From NCBI GenBank assembly GCA_951406725.2, contig OX597825.1, positions 43,586,001 to 43,650,000 on the forward strand: a DNA stretch of 64,000 bases, in the 5' to 3' direction. The translations under genes were made by a program, and so were the position numbers. Below, in pieces: positions 40,030-54,441 of this stretch. Below the pieces are notes generated by a model. It saw nothing but the letters and a program-made list of their open reading frames with translations, was not told the origin of the DNA and ran no database searches. Source of the stretch: Octopus vulgaris (Eukaryota). Numbering within the stretch: position 1 is the first letter of the stretch; each line of letters starts with the position of its first letter.

Positions 40030-42160
40030 GTGCCGTTCCTTGTTGCTTAGTGCTTTTTCATGTCCTACAAGTCTTTTGTTCCCTTTTTTCTGCTTCCAGT
40101 ATGCCCTTATCCCTAACTGACACGACTTTACTTTGAGGTAGATATTTCAGTAACAGACTTCCACACATATCAGTCCCTTTCTTCCATTTTCTCTCTTCAT
40201 GTACATGTGATCAGTATCTGCACGTCGATGCGATGGTGAGCTCCATGCATTGTTGGGAGCTTTCTTGTCTTCCTGTCCACGTTTTTTAGCTCGTCCTCTG
40301 TCCTTTTCAGAATTCCAACGCTATACCGAACCACTGCGACTGCGCGAGAATCTATTTATGAAATTATGCTTCTGGCATTGAACTTTGAATCCAATATTTT
40401 TCTCAATCGCTGCAGAAACTCTATTTTGTCTTTTCTTTCATATCATTATACTGTATTACATCCGACTCAAGTATTCTCAAGTATTTATATCCGAATTCAG
40501 GTTCAATTGCCGTCCACATTTCACCACTTGATAAACTTATACTTTCTGTACTGACAAGCTTTTCTCGTCTCTCCACCATTACAACACATTTTGCATGTCC
40601 AAGTTCCGTCTTGATATCATTTGAGAAAATCTTCACAGACTGGACTAGACTATCCATTTCACCCCCATTTTTTGTTAACAATTTCAAGTCATCCATGAAT
40701 AGCAGGTGGTTAAGCTTTCTTTTACTACCTCCCAGATCATAACCCAACTTTGTCTTCTGCAGTATTTCACTCAAAGGAACCATTCCTTGCACAAAGATCA
40801 GTGAGTATACTCTCTCTCCCTGGAAGATTCCTCTCCCAATTTTCACTTTTCCTAATACCTGTTCCCTGCTGTCAGTTCTGTTCCCCAACACTTCATAATG
40901 TTCCATATAGGCGCAGGAGTGGCTATAGCGGTTCGGTAAAAGTGACCGATAGAATAAGTACTAGGCTTACAAAGAATAAGTCCTGGGGTCGATTTGATCG
41001 ACTAAAGGCGGTGCTCCAGCATGGCCGCAGTCGAATGACTGAAACAAGTAAAAGAGAGAGTAAAAAGAGTATAAGGTACCTCATGTTTTCTCCTACTCCA
41101 TAATCCTTGTTATCCAAGAGCGTAGTGTCAAATTTTATGCTTTAAGATATCAATCCATGCTCAGATTTTTGTGCCTTCTCTTGCAGTTTCTGATGATTAG
41201 CTTATCAATTAACAGCTGATCTTGCGTTCCCCGGCTCCTCTTTCAGCACCCTTTTTGTTCAGCAGGTAGCAACCCATATTTCTCAAAGCATTCATACAGT
41301 TCACTGGCCAAAGCACCTGACAATACTTTCCACATTTGCGGAAGACAAGTTATTTGTCGAAAGTTAGGTACAGTATTACCCTTTACAAGATCCTTGGCAC
41401 ATAACAATGTCTTTCTCTTTGTCATCCAGCTGGGTATTGGGCCTTCCTGTCAGCACTTATCCAGTTGCTCTGCTATACTTTCATGAAGCCCTCTCAGCTT
41501 CTTCACTCAATAACCTTGGATATCATCCGGTCCTGGGCTCTTTCAATTTGGAATTTTCCTTAACTGTCTTTTTATCATTCCTGTATTTATTTTTATGTTG
41601 ATTTGACGTTCTATATTTCTTAACCTTTATCATTTATGATTTACAGGTTGATCCCAGACTCCTCCCCAGAATACCCTGCTTTCGTCTGCATCAGGCACCA
41701 ATGACATGTACACTAGCTCATCTACTTCGTTAAACAGTTTTTTCTGGTTGGCTTCGAAAAATCTGTTCTGACTGAATTGTTTTGTTCTATTGTCATATCT
41801 TTCGAGTTTTGCCTTCATTGCTATTACCCTTTGCTTCACTTCTTCCTCTGTTACATCATACCCTTTTTTCCTATTCTATATGCTCTTTCCAGTCTCATTC
41901 TTTTGTTTTCGTTTTGCGATTCCCTTCTTTTCAATATATCAATTTGTCCCAAATTTCTTTGGAACTTTGTTTCTCATAAATTCTTCTATGCCAGTATGGT
42001 TCTTTATTTACTGTTTCTTCTCTTTAGTTGTATCCAACTCTTTCAGTGAAACGGTAATTGTATCCCTCATTACTCCACAGCAGTTGAGTGATGTTGTCTT
42101 GTAGTAATTTATGTCATCAGACTTTATCTTCTAGCCTCTCTTCATAGTACTGCACATTTA
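40030..42160 (-). mobile_element. R4/Dong-like LINE RT region, interrupted by a SINE
   Basis: NFRQITCLPQMWK, LPAEQKGC, DQLLIDK, GRGIFQG, LNHLLFMDDLKL, YKYLRILE. Confidence 0.85.
40908..41075 (+). mobile_element. Internally deleted SINE inserted in the LINE
   Basis: taggcgcaggagtggct head joined directly to the tail agcggttcgg...ggcggtgctccagcatggccgcagtc. Confidence 0.85.
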
Positions 42161-42194
42161 ACTACCCCAAATTATATTCTAGTATTTTTATTTC

Positions 42195-42422
42195 TTTATT
42201 GCCCCCAGGGGCCTAAACATAGAGGGGACAAACAAGGACAGACAAAGGGATTAAGTCGATTACATCGACTTCAGTGCGTAACTGGTACTTAATTTATCGA
42301 CCCCGAAAGGATGAAAGGCAAAGTTGACCTCGGCAGAATTTGAACTCAGAACGTAACGGCTGACGAAATACTGGTAAGCATTTCATCCGACGTGCTAACG
42401 TTTCTGCCAGCTCGCCGCCTTC
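42195..42422 (-). mobile_element. SINE, near complete (cctttcatcctttcggggtcg core family)
   Basis: Reverse complement begins aaggcggcgagctggcagaaacgttagc (tRNA-like) and contains the core motif. Confidence 0.88.
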
Positions 42423-42519
42423 CAATATTTTACTGAATACACTCACTGTTTAGAGTAGAGAATCCAGGTTTGTCTCGGTTGTTTTTATATATGATTTATT
42501 CTTATCTAGGTGTGGGCAA

Positions 42520-43270
42520 ACTCATAGACAAGCCATGACGAAGAATAACGGAGAGAGGGAGTCTCCTTTGAAAATGCCTCTGCGAGTTTCCATGTTACTA
42601 GGCAATTCATTTGCGCATGTCAGTTCTACTTCCCACACTCTCATTGCTTTCTCCAAAACGTCGTTTACCTTCTTATTGACTCCGAGCATCCTCAGACATT
42701 TCAAGAGCCAGCTCTGTTAAAACTGTGTCATCTGTTATCTTTTCTGTACGTATTGACTCGAGCATCATTACTACAGAAATTTGAGTATTTTGGGTATATT
42801 CCGTTCGAACTATGACCGAACAGTTACGACATATATGGACAATGTCACCGTTATGGTGTCAGGCACAGATGTAGTAGGCACTATTGTAAAGAATATGAGG
42901 GCTTTTGACAGGAGAAAAAATTAACCAAGTTAAATTAGTGAACTTCCTAGTTGGTACCTAAGAAGGCGTGGCTATCGAATGGATGATAGGCACTGGGATG
43001 TGGTTACAGCTAGATTAGCCAGTCTCAACCTAAAATAGCTGTCGTTTTCGTCATATATTACCGCCCGACCATCGTGCTTCGCTGTGTTTCAAGTCTCGCT
43101 TGGTTAGAGTGTCTCCTTTTTTACTTCATGGGGAAGTGATATAGCTTAATAATCCTTTCTCGTAAAACGGTCCATCAATTATCAACATCATTTCAACACC
43201 GAATCAGGTATGTTGTGACTATTAATGCGCAGACTTGCGCAGATGCTATAACGTCCACAAAGATTTGTAA
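42520..43270. mobile_element. Small LINE relics: R4-like RT (minus, 42520-42715) and L1/Tx1-like RT (plus, about 42760-43270)
   Basis: RRGIFKGDSLSPLFF; TYMDNVTVMVS (YADD-like), then TGEKIN-like and GT motifs. Confidence 0.55.
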
Positions 43271-43279
43271 ACGGTTAAT

Positions 43280-46200
43280 AATAATGAAATTATTGTATAC
43301 AGTGCTCAGATGCACCACAACTTGTCAGAAAGTGCGTATAAAGTACATGCAATAATGTACAAATGTCTGGAAAGCGAACAATGTATGAGTCAGATACATG
43401 CTTGTGTATGTATGGAGGGGAGAAAATCAGGGGTAGTGCTGGCAAATCTCAGAAAGCATGGAAGTTTTGAAGGATGCAGTGTTCCGACAACTAACAACTG
43501 ATGCCGGCAGTTTGTTCCATGCTTCAGCAACTATCAGCGTGAAAAAATGTTTCCTAATGTCATGGGAGCTGTGCTGTTTTCTGACTTTGTAAATATGTCC
43601 ACGGGTGTTAGACGGGTGGTGTTTCAAAAGGTGCTCAGAGTTATTGTTTGTAAGATGGTTGATAATTTTATGGGTGTCTGCCAAGTCAGCTGCCAGATAT
43701 CGGAGTTTCAATGTGTCCATGCCCAGGGAAGTAACGCGTTCAGAATATGGCAAATGCCTGATGGAGGGTATTCTTTTGGTTGCACGTCGCTGAACGGCTT
43801 CCAGACGATTGATATCCTGGGCAAGATAGGGGTTCCAGACCGGTGATGCAAATTCCAGGTGAGGTCTTACCATAGCTATATAAAGCCGCAGATAGATAGT
43901 CGGAGAGCGGCTCACAAAGGATTTGGTGAGTGATGCCAAGACACCCTCAGCCTTCTTGACAATTTTAGCGATGCGTTTTGTCCAACGCAAATCACTGTCG
44001 ACAATAACACCCAGGTCACGTTCACACGAAGACTTTTTGAGATTAGTGTTGTGGAGGTAGTAGGTGGACGCTGGGTTTCTCCTCCCAAAATGCATGGTGG
44101 TACATTTGTCCACAGCCAGCTTGAGTTGCCAGTCCATGATCCACTGCTGCATTGTGTCCAGGTCTGCTTGCAATAGAGATCTATAGTGTACAGGTTCTGA
44201 CCTCTTTATTTCGAGGTACAGCTTGATGTCATCTGCATATTTCAGCACTGTGGCATTCTTTTAAGTATGCAACAAATAAAAGGGGGCCAAGAACAGATCC
44301 CTGTGGTACACCAGATGTCACCTCATAGGGTGAAGAGTGCTGTCCTAGAACTGTGACAACCTCTTTTCGGCCGAAAATAAAGGACTTCAACCAGTTATAG
44401 AGTTCGTCTCTTACGCCCAACGCGGAGAGCTTCACCATAAGTCTTTTGTGTGACACAGAGTTAAAAGCCTTAGCAAAGTCCAGGTAAACCACATCCACCC
44501 AGGATCCGTGATCAGTGATTTGGGTAACGTCTTCAAGAAACTCGATGAGTTGATTACTGCAGCTGGAGTTAGGAATAAATCCAAATTGTGACGGCTGGAT
44601 GAGGCTGTGAGACTTCGAGAAGTTCCAGAGGGTTTCCCTGATACAGGATTCCATCAGTTTGGCGATGCAGCTAGTAAGACTAACGGGGCGATAGTTGACA
44701 GGCGATGTGCGGTCACCTTTTTTGAACAGAGGGATAACACTGGCAGTTTTCCACTGCTCTGGAGTAACACCATTGTCAAGACAGAATTGGAAGAATAGAG
44801 AATGTTGGCTTAGAAGAAAGTACCCACCGCGTTTGAGAAGTAGGTATGTAACACCATCGAGACCAGGAGAGGCATAGTTGCGTTTATTCTTAAGGTGGCG
44901 TTGTAGCATTGCTGGTGTAAATTGCATAGTAGATATAGAGTCCGATGTCAGTGGTGATGAAGATGGAACATTTTGGTCTTCGACAGTAAAGATGCTGGCA
45001 TAGCATCCAGCAATGATTTCTGCACATTCTTTGGGATTGCCAGTAATCTGTCCTGTGTGAGGATTGCGAAGGGGACCAACTGGAGAGTGAGGTCTCTGCT
45101 TTGAGTGCACATACTTCCAGAACACTTTGCTGTCAGGGTTGGTTGCAACGCGTTGTTCAAATTCAAGCACTGCCTTTTTTGTCACCTGCTTGAGGTGGTT
45201 GGTGGAACTATTGCGCTTTTTCCAGTTGATCTCTGATTTGTGCAATTTGTATTCCTGTTCAGCATTACGGCGTTCTTTCCTGGCAAGTCGGACTGCTGCA
45301 GTCTCCCAAATTGCACTATTGGGTGGTTTATGTGCTTGCGTGGTACTGATGCTGCACATGCCGCCCATATTGAATTCAGAATGTTCTGGAATATAGTGTC
45401 CACATCTCCAGTGGCATAAAATTCGAGCCAGTTTGGGCGTTGCAGCTCAGTACAATAAGAGCTCCAGTCTGCTTTATTCCAGTCAAAGCGTGCACTTTGA
45501 AGATGGTTGTGGTTTTTGTTACAACCAATCAGAGACAAGTCGGCCATGATCATGGAATGATCAGAGTCACCTAAAGATTCTTCAGTAGTGACACTAATAA
45601 TTGTTTCAGGAGAAGCGTTAAGTAGCAGATCCAAAGTGTTGTTACTCCTTGTGGGGGAGGTAACGACTTGGGACCAATTTGAATTCAGCACCAGTTCAAG
45701 GAAATCGTCTGCACTTTGCGGCCAACGGAAGGCCTCCCAGTCAATCTCAGGGAAATTGAAGTCGCCCGCAATATAAACATACGCGGCTGTTTTCATGGCA
45801 GCAGCTCTGAAGATATCAAAAAGCTGGGCGTCTTGACGATAATTTGGGGAGCGGTAAACAACTCCAGGCAGAAGTGTTGACATGGTCATGTGTATATTGC
45901 AAAAAAATACTTCCTGCTGAGATTGGTTCAAATCATCACAGGGGATTGCCGATAGATTTCATCGAACATAAATCATCACACACCCTCCACGGCGATTAAT
46001 GCGGTCTTTGCGGAACAGGTTGTAGCCGGCTATGCTGAAAACTCCATCACAGAGTGCAGAATGTGCCCATGTTTCCATGACTGTGATGAAATCTGGGTTG
46101 ATACTTTTGACGTAAGAATCAAAAAGATGCACCTTGTTGCATAGACTACGGGCATTCAAGGACAGCAGTTTGTATCTGGATTTCAGATGATGATATACAG

Positions 46201-46290
46201 GGGATGGCTGATTGTTCTTGGTTAGTTTCCCAAGATTTTTGTATTGCCAGTTAGCATATGCCTTTGCGATTTTTCGGTTGCATCTTTCCA
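43280..46290 (-). mobile_element. CR1-clade LINE, nearly complete but frameshifted ORF2 (APE plus RT) and 3' UTR
   Basis: LSLNARSL, TVMETW, GDFN, LDLLL, GDSDH; YRPVSLTS, QFGF, YLDFAKAFNSV, SGVPQGSVLGPLLF, YADD, RDLGV, VRPHLEFASPVW, AWNKLP. Confidence 0.95.
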
Positions 46291-46680
46291 TAGCTCTAGC
46301 TTTTTGTCATTCTTTTGCAAATTATGCAGGTCCTGTCTGGAAGAGATCAAGCAATGCTAAGAAATTGACCAAACTTTGAACAACACCTGCTGCTGGGTCA
46401 TTGGAGACGTTAAATTCACCAACACAAATCTGCTTTGGAGGTTGTGGTAGTTTGCCGCGCTTCCCTTATGGCCGTTCGCATTTCATATTGTTATAGACAT
46501 TTTGCGTCCACTGTCACCGTTCTCTTCAGAAAGGGATCGTTTTCTTCACATTAATCTAACGAATCGCAGATGGAAATCTCTTGGACGAGTTTAGCCTCAT
46601 TCAATTGGTGTGGGATCCAAACAGACCTGCTGATTTAACAAATTTGGTGCAAACTCAACACTCAATTTAGATATTTGAAA
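46291..46680 (+). mobile_element. Ingi/Vingi-like LINE C-terminal relic
   Basis: ALAFCHSFANYAGPVWKRSSNAKK resembles the LALCYSxAEYxxPVW motif of this clade. Confidence 0.5.
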
Positions 46681-47099
46681 AATATTTGCGTTCATCCTCG
46701 GAGGATGGAGGTTGATGTTGATGCTTATTTCAGTTGGCTGATCTGAGCGAGGAGCATCTTGAACCAAAAATGTCTGTACTAGTGAGTGATATTAGAATAT
46801 AATCAACTTTGTGCTGAGGTTCCTTTATTATGTTCAACATTCCATCTTTTCGTAGTATCAGCGTCGTAATGTTAGTGATTGAATAGACATCCACTTAGAA
46901 TTTTAACAATACCCAGTCTCGAATATTAGAAAATGTTCGCAAGATAATAAGAATAGGATGAGCGACACAGTCTAGATATAGGTAGATCAGTGCTCGTTGT
47001 CAAAAGAAACTATTATTTCAAATGGATTAACAACTTCTTTCCTACGATATTTAGTGATACAGCTTAATAATCCTATCTACTAGCTTTATATATATCCTT

Positions 47100-47240
47100 T
47101 CTACAAGGCCGGAAAATTGGGGAAGGGTGATATTCTATGGCATCGACCCCGGTGCTTCACTGGTACTTATCTCATCGACCCGAAAGTATAAAAGGCAAAA
47201 TCGACCTCGGCAGAATTTGAATTCAGAACGTAAGGACGGA
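47100..47240 (-). mobile_element. SINE fragment
   Basis: ctggtacttatctcatcgacccgaaagtataaaaggcaaaatcgacctcggcagaatttga. Confidence 0.8.
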
Positions 47241-47527
47241 ATATATAGCTCAATAATGCCGATAATAATATAAGAAAAAATTGAACGAAACCGCATGCTT
47301 CATATAAAAATATTGTTGGCCGTTTTAGTACTTATTTTCAAATAAATTGTTTGTATAGTATACAACATATAGCACTTGACACAAATTGATTTATATATAT
47401 ATATATACATACATATATGAGATGGAATCCACTAAAAGTGAACTCCCTTATTAATTATTAAATTAATATACAATTTTTCACCCTCATTTTGATTTTATAT
47501 ATATATATGTGTATATATATATATACA

Positions 47528-47607
<80 letters not shown>

Positions 47608-47610
<3 letters not shown>

Positions 47611-47787
47611 GCGGAGGCGTGGCAGTGCGGTAAGATGCTTGCTTCCCAACCATATGGTTCCGGGTCCAGTGTGGCACCTTCAGCAAGTGGCTTCTGCTGT
47701 AGCCTAGAGCTGACAAAAGTCTTGTAAGTGGATGTGGTAGACGGAAACCGAAAGAAGCTTGTCATATATATTTATATGTTCATATAT

Positions 47788-47854
<67 letters not shown>

Positions 47855-48040
47855 TCCATCATCGCTTGAAAACCGATGTCGATGTGTTTACATCCCCGTA
47901 AGATAGCGGTTCAGCAAAAGAGACAGATAGAATAAGTACCAGGTTTACAAAGAATAAGTCCTGGAGTCGATTTGTCTGACTAAAGGTGATACTCCAGCAT
48001 GGCTGCAGTCAAATAACTGAAACAAGTAAAAGAATAAAAT
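47608..48040 (+). mobile_element. Full-length tRNA-derived SINE with internal (TG)n
   Basis: Head ggcggaggcgtggcagtgcggtaag...ggttccgggtccag, core gtggcacctt, internal TG repeat, tail aagaataagtcctggagtcg...actgaaacaagtaaaag. Confidence 0.88.
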
Positions 48041-48041
48041 A

Positions 48042-48093
<52 letters not shown>

Positions 48094-48339
48094 CATACAT
48101 ACATACATACATACATACTTACATACATACATACATATGCATGTATGCATGTATATATGCATGTATGCATGCATAAGGATTTGCTTTCGTTCAGTGTATA
48201 GGTCAAAACCTCACAGCCTTATATTTATGCCAAAATTACACATTTAGATTTTATTTCAGAACGCCCGGATATATTTGCTTCTTGCTGGTTGATTTATTTT
48301 CATTACGATATTATGTATCGTACAGAAACTGTAAAATTT

Positions 48340-49520
48340 GTGGCAGAGGGCAGATTGGGACGTAATAGGAATAAAGATTAGAGAATAAAGATAGCGTGTA
48401 ATAGATAAGCAGATGTGCTGGTAGACAAACAGTAAGCAGTGGAAGAAAGGAAGAGAAAGATGTGGTTAGTAAAAAGGAAAGAAATAACGTGATCGATGAG
48501 TTAAAACATACTTACAAAGATAGAGAAATTGGAGAGAGTGAGAAAAAGCAAAGAATTCTTGAGTGTGATATGTGTGTATGTATGCGTGTGTGTGTGAATG
48601 TGTATTAGTCTAATATATATGCACATATATAAATGGCTATAAATATATATGTATGTGTGTGTACATATAATGAATGAGGGGAAAAGATGAGTGTTTGAGG
48701 AAAAGATATGTCATGTATGTGCGTGTGTGACACAGAGAAACTAAGAGCGAGAGAGAAAGAGAGATTTCGTGTATTGAAGAAAGAAGTGACGTTGAACGTA
48801 GAACAGCTAGAAAGACCGAGAAAGAGAAAAGAGGTAGGGATAAATAGAGGTAACCGTGTGAGATTTACCAAAGGGAATAAATAGAAAGAAGTGAAAGTAA
48901 TAAGAAAAAGTAAACAGAAAAAATCAGCTTATTTCAGAGAGCAGTTTATGGGCTATAGAGGGGACAGACTAGTGAGGCACGATATAATTGAAAGATAAAG
49001 AAATACGAATTTATTTGTAAAGCAAGAGAAGGAAAGGATGAAAGACTGATGAATGCATATAGATTAATACAAGGAAATGTTTCAATGTACTAGAAGAAAG
49101 ACAGAAAGAGGTAGGAATATGAACTTAAAAGGATTCATTGAAAAAGGAGGTGAAAATATTGATAGAGAGATATTACACAGAAAAAAAGAAGGGTAACATT
49201 AATGTAGTAAAAAGAGAAAGGTAGGTTGCAAGGAGAATACAGAATGACTCGGGAAAAAGATAGGTTACCTGTAAAAAGTAGACGAATACTTGAAAAATAG
49301 AAAAAAATACAATCGATTAAGTAACGTGGGAGAGAAAGGAGGAGGTAAATGATGCGACAGAACAAAAACAGGGAGAATATATAAAAGTATAAAAGAAAAG
49401 ACAGATGAAAATGGGAAGAATATTGAGAGAGGTAAAAGAAGTAAAAATCCAGGGTATTGAAGCATAAAAGAAAAGTGGACGATTGGCAGTAGAGAACCCG
49501 GATTTATATGCAATAAGAGA
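48340..49520. repeat. Purine-rich (A/G) low-complexity region
   Basis: Strong plus-strand A/G skew, no credible ORF. Confidence 0.7.
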
Positions 49521-49550
49521 CATTAAGACTCTTAGCAAGGGAACGATACA

Positions 49551-49596
<46 letters not shown>

Positions 49597-49646
49597 TGCA
49601 CATACATACATACATACATACTTACCTGCATACATACATACATACA

Positions 49647-49677
<31 letters not shown>

Positions 49678-49689
49678 CATGTTTGTCTT

Positions 49690-49900
49690 TCATCTTATGC
49701 TCGTTTCAGTAATCAAGCTGGAGCACTAACTTGAAGGGCTTAATCGAACAAATTGACCCTATTAGTTATTTTTAAAGCCTGGTTCTTATTCTCTTGGTCT
49801 TTTTAGCCGAACCTCGAATGTACATGACGTAAATAAATCAACATCGGTTGTCACGTAGCGGCAAGAAACAAAGACAATCACAAAGGCACACACACACATA
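49690..49900 (-). mobile_element. SINE tail fragment
   Basis: gtttcagt..caagctggagcact...aagcctggttcttattc...gccgaacc. Confidence 0.7.
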
Positions 49901-49909
49901 AGTATATAC

Positions 49910-49981
<72 letters not shown>

Positions 49982-50139
49982 GAACAACTTCTTTCACTTT
50001 CACAAGGCCTTGGTATATATTTAATGTAAGTGTATGACGTATACTTTGCTATATATTTAACGTATTGTGTTGCTTATGCGCTGTGAAGGGTGGTTTATCG
50101 TCTTGAAAAATCCCTTTGAAGTCGTAAAATATTAAATAT

Positions 50140-51125
50140 ATATATTGTTGTATTTGGGAATGGTCATGTTGCCAGTTTAGCCAATAAAAACACGCACTAT
50201 ATATTTGGTGTTAATTTGCTTCAGCTTTATTCTATTTTTTACATTAATCGTATTTTGGCCAGTGTTCTTTCGTCACACTTCTGTGACCTCATCAGTGGTC
50301 CTTTGCTTTCTTCTGTCTTATTTGTGTGTCTCTCCTTACTAACGATGAGCCATTTTGTATTTTCTATTCCTATTGTATGTTTCTGTATTTGCGCATGCGT
50401 ATACCCCTATGTGTGTCTATGTTTAGTAAGTTCGTGGGGGGGCAGTGCCTGTATTATCTGTATCCCTTGTTTATACACGTTCGTTTAAATTTTTATTTTA
50501 TTTTGTTCATGTGTTTATACCTACTTATTATTTTTTCTATTCTTTCTTTTTTTTTGTATCGAATTTAATTTAATTTTTTTATTTTAAATTTGTTAACGTA
50601 TATAGTTATTTGATTCCATTTGTTTATCTGTGTATTGTATTATATTTTGTTCATATCAGTTAATGGGGATCTTATTCTGTCATATGTTGTGGTGTGTTGG
50701 GGGTGTGTGCTAGTGTTCCATTCTAGTTTACTATTCAAGCTAGGTTTATCTTCTATTATGTGTGTAGCTTCTGTAATTTGTCTAAACGTTGCGTCTATTC
50801 TATGAGTGGACAAGATTTTAACTTCTATGTTGTTGAGTGAGCCCCCGTGTTCCTGCTCGACGTGCTCTTGAGCTCTTCTCTTCCTTAAGTTCCATCCAAT
50901 GTTCATTTATCCGCTCTCCTATACTCCGTTCCGTTTTCCCTACGTACGTCGTTGTCTTGTTACTGCGTCGCCCCTCTGTACATCTTATACTATAGACTAT
51001 ATTTCTGGCTTTACAGTTTGTTTGTGGGCTAAATCTACACACAGTACAGTTCCTATCAGTACAGGGGGTTCTACTAAAAGGGTAGGTTCTACCAATTAAG
51101 GATTTGATAGGGTTGCCTGGCCTTA
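50140..51125 (-). mobile_element. PLE GIY-YIG remnant with 3' UTR and HHR-like motif
   Basis: CTDRNCTVC...CKARNIVYSIRCT...YVGKTERSIGERINEH...HVEQEH...RQITEATHI..KPSLNSKLEW. Confidence 0.85.
50259..50300 (-). ncRNA. Degenerate hammerhead motif
   Basis: cca-CTGATGA-g-gtcaca-gaag-tgtgac-GAAA-gaac-AC-tgg: stem II is perfect but U16.1 is missing. Confidence 0.55.
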
Positions 51126-51347
51126 GCTTATTCAATGGCACCGAATAGGCAGAATAAATTTGAAGTATGCGACAGAAGCATCTGTGCCATGTATAAGCAA
51201 GCATAAGTCGCCTGAACATGGAGTACACGAAATTTTGGATTTGAATAAATATTTGACTCAAGCAGGATTGTAAACCTTTTCACGTAATTGCTATTCACAG
51301 CAGTGCAAAATTATAATCTTCACACTCTCTCTATCGTCTATGTATAT

Positions 51348-51521
<174 letters not shown>

Positions 51522-52559
51522 TCTGCTGATAAACCAATGTACCCAACGAAGTGTGAAAATAACCTTTCTTCATTAAATATTTTTCAGAATCACCGGCGAG
51601 TAAATTTGACTAACATAGACGCAGAAAACCTTTAACTGAAGAAATGATCCGGTTTTCAAACATGCAATTATATCATATCTTCCTACACCTCTATCGTCCT
51701 GATCACGCAGCTATTTTTGCAAGACATTACATATAAACAAATAATATACATGTTTGTACCTATGGTTTGCGTGTATTTTTGGATTTTGAGGGAACTGCAA
51801 ATTTCAACGTCTTATATCTTCTAAGGAAACTTCAGAATAAAAAATTATTTTACTATATAAATAATCTGTACAGAGTTTTCTGTGCATCAGAGACTGAAGT
51901 TGTAAGTACATTTAACTGACTAATTTATTATATATTGCTCATGTATTGCATGTAGCTAAGGATGTATATATGTTTGTATGTTTTTTTCTTTTTTTCCTGT
52001 TTGATACAGTCGACATTTACTAGATAATCAAATCATTTTGTAATATATTCCTTAGAATATTGAATTTGAACGTCACAGAACTGAAAGGTGAAAGAAGTTG
52101 GTTAAAATGGTAACAACACCCAAGTTAAGAAGAAGGAATCTAAATGGTTATATACATCAAATCAAGGTAAATGCTGTTGAATTTACAACAGTTAAAGATA
52201 GCAAACAGCTAATAAGATGAATTTCTTATAAACGGAACAACATAAAAGAATAATGTGTCGGTACCCTAACTAATGCACGTATGCATAAAACTAAATAAGG
52301 TTTTGCTGGCGATACAGAAAAAGCGTTTAATTTATAAAATATATACTGAAATGTTCTTCAAGTGGAGATTATAATCTTTTCTAAATGACAGTTGATTAGA
52401 TGGGTCTTCGTGAAAGTAAATCTAGAATTCTCCGTGATGCAAAGATTTTAGATTCCGCCAACCAAGCGTCGTCCACACATGTAAGTGCGGGCCTATTAAA
52501 GTTTTTGAGAAGATTAGCAGTTGCCCATGCAAACGCGTCTTACCTCTTCTCGTCACCAT

Positions 52560-52784
52560 CTTTATCTTTTGCTTGTTTCACTCATTTGACTGCAGCCATG
52601 CTGGGGCAGCACCTTGAATAGTTTTAGTCAAACAAATCGACCCTCGGGCATTTTTCTAAGCATCGTATTTATTCCATCGGTCTTTTTTGCCGAATCGTTA
52701 GGTTACGGGGACGTAAACTAACCAACATCGATTACCAGACGATGACGAGAGATAAACACAGACACAAAGATACACACACACAAA

Positions 52785-52830
<46 letters not shown>

Positions 52831-53116
52831 GACACACACACATACATAGATATATGCATATACATACATATAGGAGTGACTGTGTGGTAAGAAGCTTGCT
52901 TCCATGTCCATGTCCAGCCCACAAGCTTCTATCTGTGTACTGCCCTTGTGGCAAATTATATGAAATAAAGAAGCTTGCTTCCCAACAGAATGGTTCCGGG
53001 TCCAGTCCTACTGCGTGGCACCTTGGGCAAGTGTCTTCTACTATAGCCTCGGGCCGACCATAACCTTGTGAAAGTAGCTGGTAGACGGAAACTGAAAGAA
53101 ACCCATGGAACATATA

Positions 53117-53152
<36 letters not shown>

Positions 53153-53730
53153 TGTATGTATGTATGTATTTATATGTCTTTGTTCCCCCTACCTTCGCTT
53201 CACAACCGATATTGGTGTGTTTACATCCCCGCGGCTCAGCAAAACAAACCCATATAATAAGTACTAAGCTTACAAAGAATAAGTCTTCCGGTCGATTTGT
53301 TCAACTAGAAGCGGTGCTCCAGCATGGCCGCAATCAAATGACTGAAACGAGTAAACAAATAAAAGAATATACATGCGCACCAGTTTTATCCTGTCTCCAC
53401 CTCCACGTCGAACTTTTCTTGGACTTCTCTCCCCGTTTATTTCTGTGTTCCTTTCTGTCGAAGAGCGCAGGCTCAAAACGTAAAAGACTTTCTCACTTCC
53501 CGAGCGATAAACTAATACATCTCTTTGTTGTTTACATACCCGTCTTCGTCTTTTGTCTTTTTGTAAATTCTCACTATATATATATGCATATACACATATG
53601 AGGGGCTCTGTTTAGTTTCCGTCTACCAAATCTACTCACAAAGCTTTTGCTGACCTGAGGCTATAGTAGAAGTTACTTGCCCAAGTTGCCACGCATTGGG
53701 ACTGAACCCGGAACTATGTGGTTGGGAAAA
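52560..53730. mobile_element. SINE cluster: tail (minus, 52560-52780), full SINE (plus, 52870-53350), head (minus, 53600-53730)
   Basis: Same head, core and tail motifs as 47608-48040. The outer pieces could be one minus-strand SINE interrupted by later insertions. Confidence 0.8.
53451..53486 (+). ncRNA. Degenerate minimal hammerhead-like motif in a short PLE-type tail (about 53350-53580)
   Basis: cttt-CTGTCGA-a-gagc-gcag-gctc-AAAA-cg-TA-aaag: stems intact, core changed at A6 and G12. Confidence 0.4.
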
Positions 53731-54294
53731 TCAAACTGTGTCCCTTTGAAGCACATTTGCTTATTCCAGTATTACAATGAAGCATGCAGTTGTTGTCAAT
53801 GATGTGAGATACATATTAAAGTTGAAAATTCTGGGAATATTGTTTGCAGAGTTATTATATAACAAAACAGAGAGTTGAGAAAATATTTCGGTATTATTTA
53901 TTCACTATTACACATGTTTTATTTGCTAATAGAAGTTACAAAGTTGTACATATTCGATAAACATGTATGAAATTGCATACTTGCACACACATACATAGAC
54001 ATATACTCACACACACACGCATGCATACATATAGACAGAGAGACAGGAACAGTTATTTTCACAAATACACGCGCGCGCACACACACTGACATAATGTCAC
54101 ACACACATACACACATATACCCACACATGCGCATACATAGATACACATCCACAAATACATAGGAGAAAACATGCCTGCACTCACACACATCTATACATAT
54201 GATGGGCATGAATACAAAATCATACGCATATTCAAATCGAAATGGACAAACAGATATGTACATAGAAACACGCTCACTTGCACGTACACACACA

Positions 54295-54329
<35 letters not shown>

Positions 54330-54441
54330 GTATATAATATTAATAATGATTGAAAGAACGGAGATTTTTCACATATATGTAGTTTTATTTAAATGTTATT
54401 TACATTTTTTCGGGACCTACACGTGTTTCAACTGTAGTGAT

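Noticed and set aside
52400-52486. Possible 81-nt exon ending in GTAAGT
   Set aside because: Weak acceptor, no recognisable protein, no supporting neighbouring exons.
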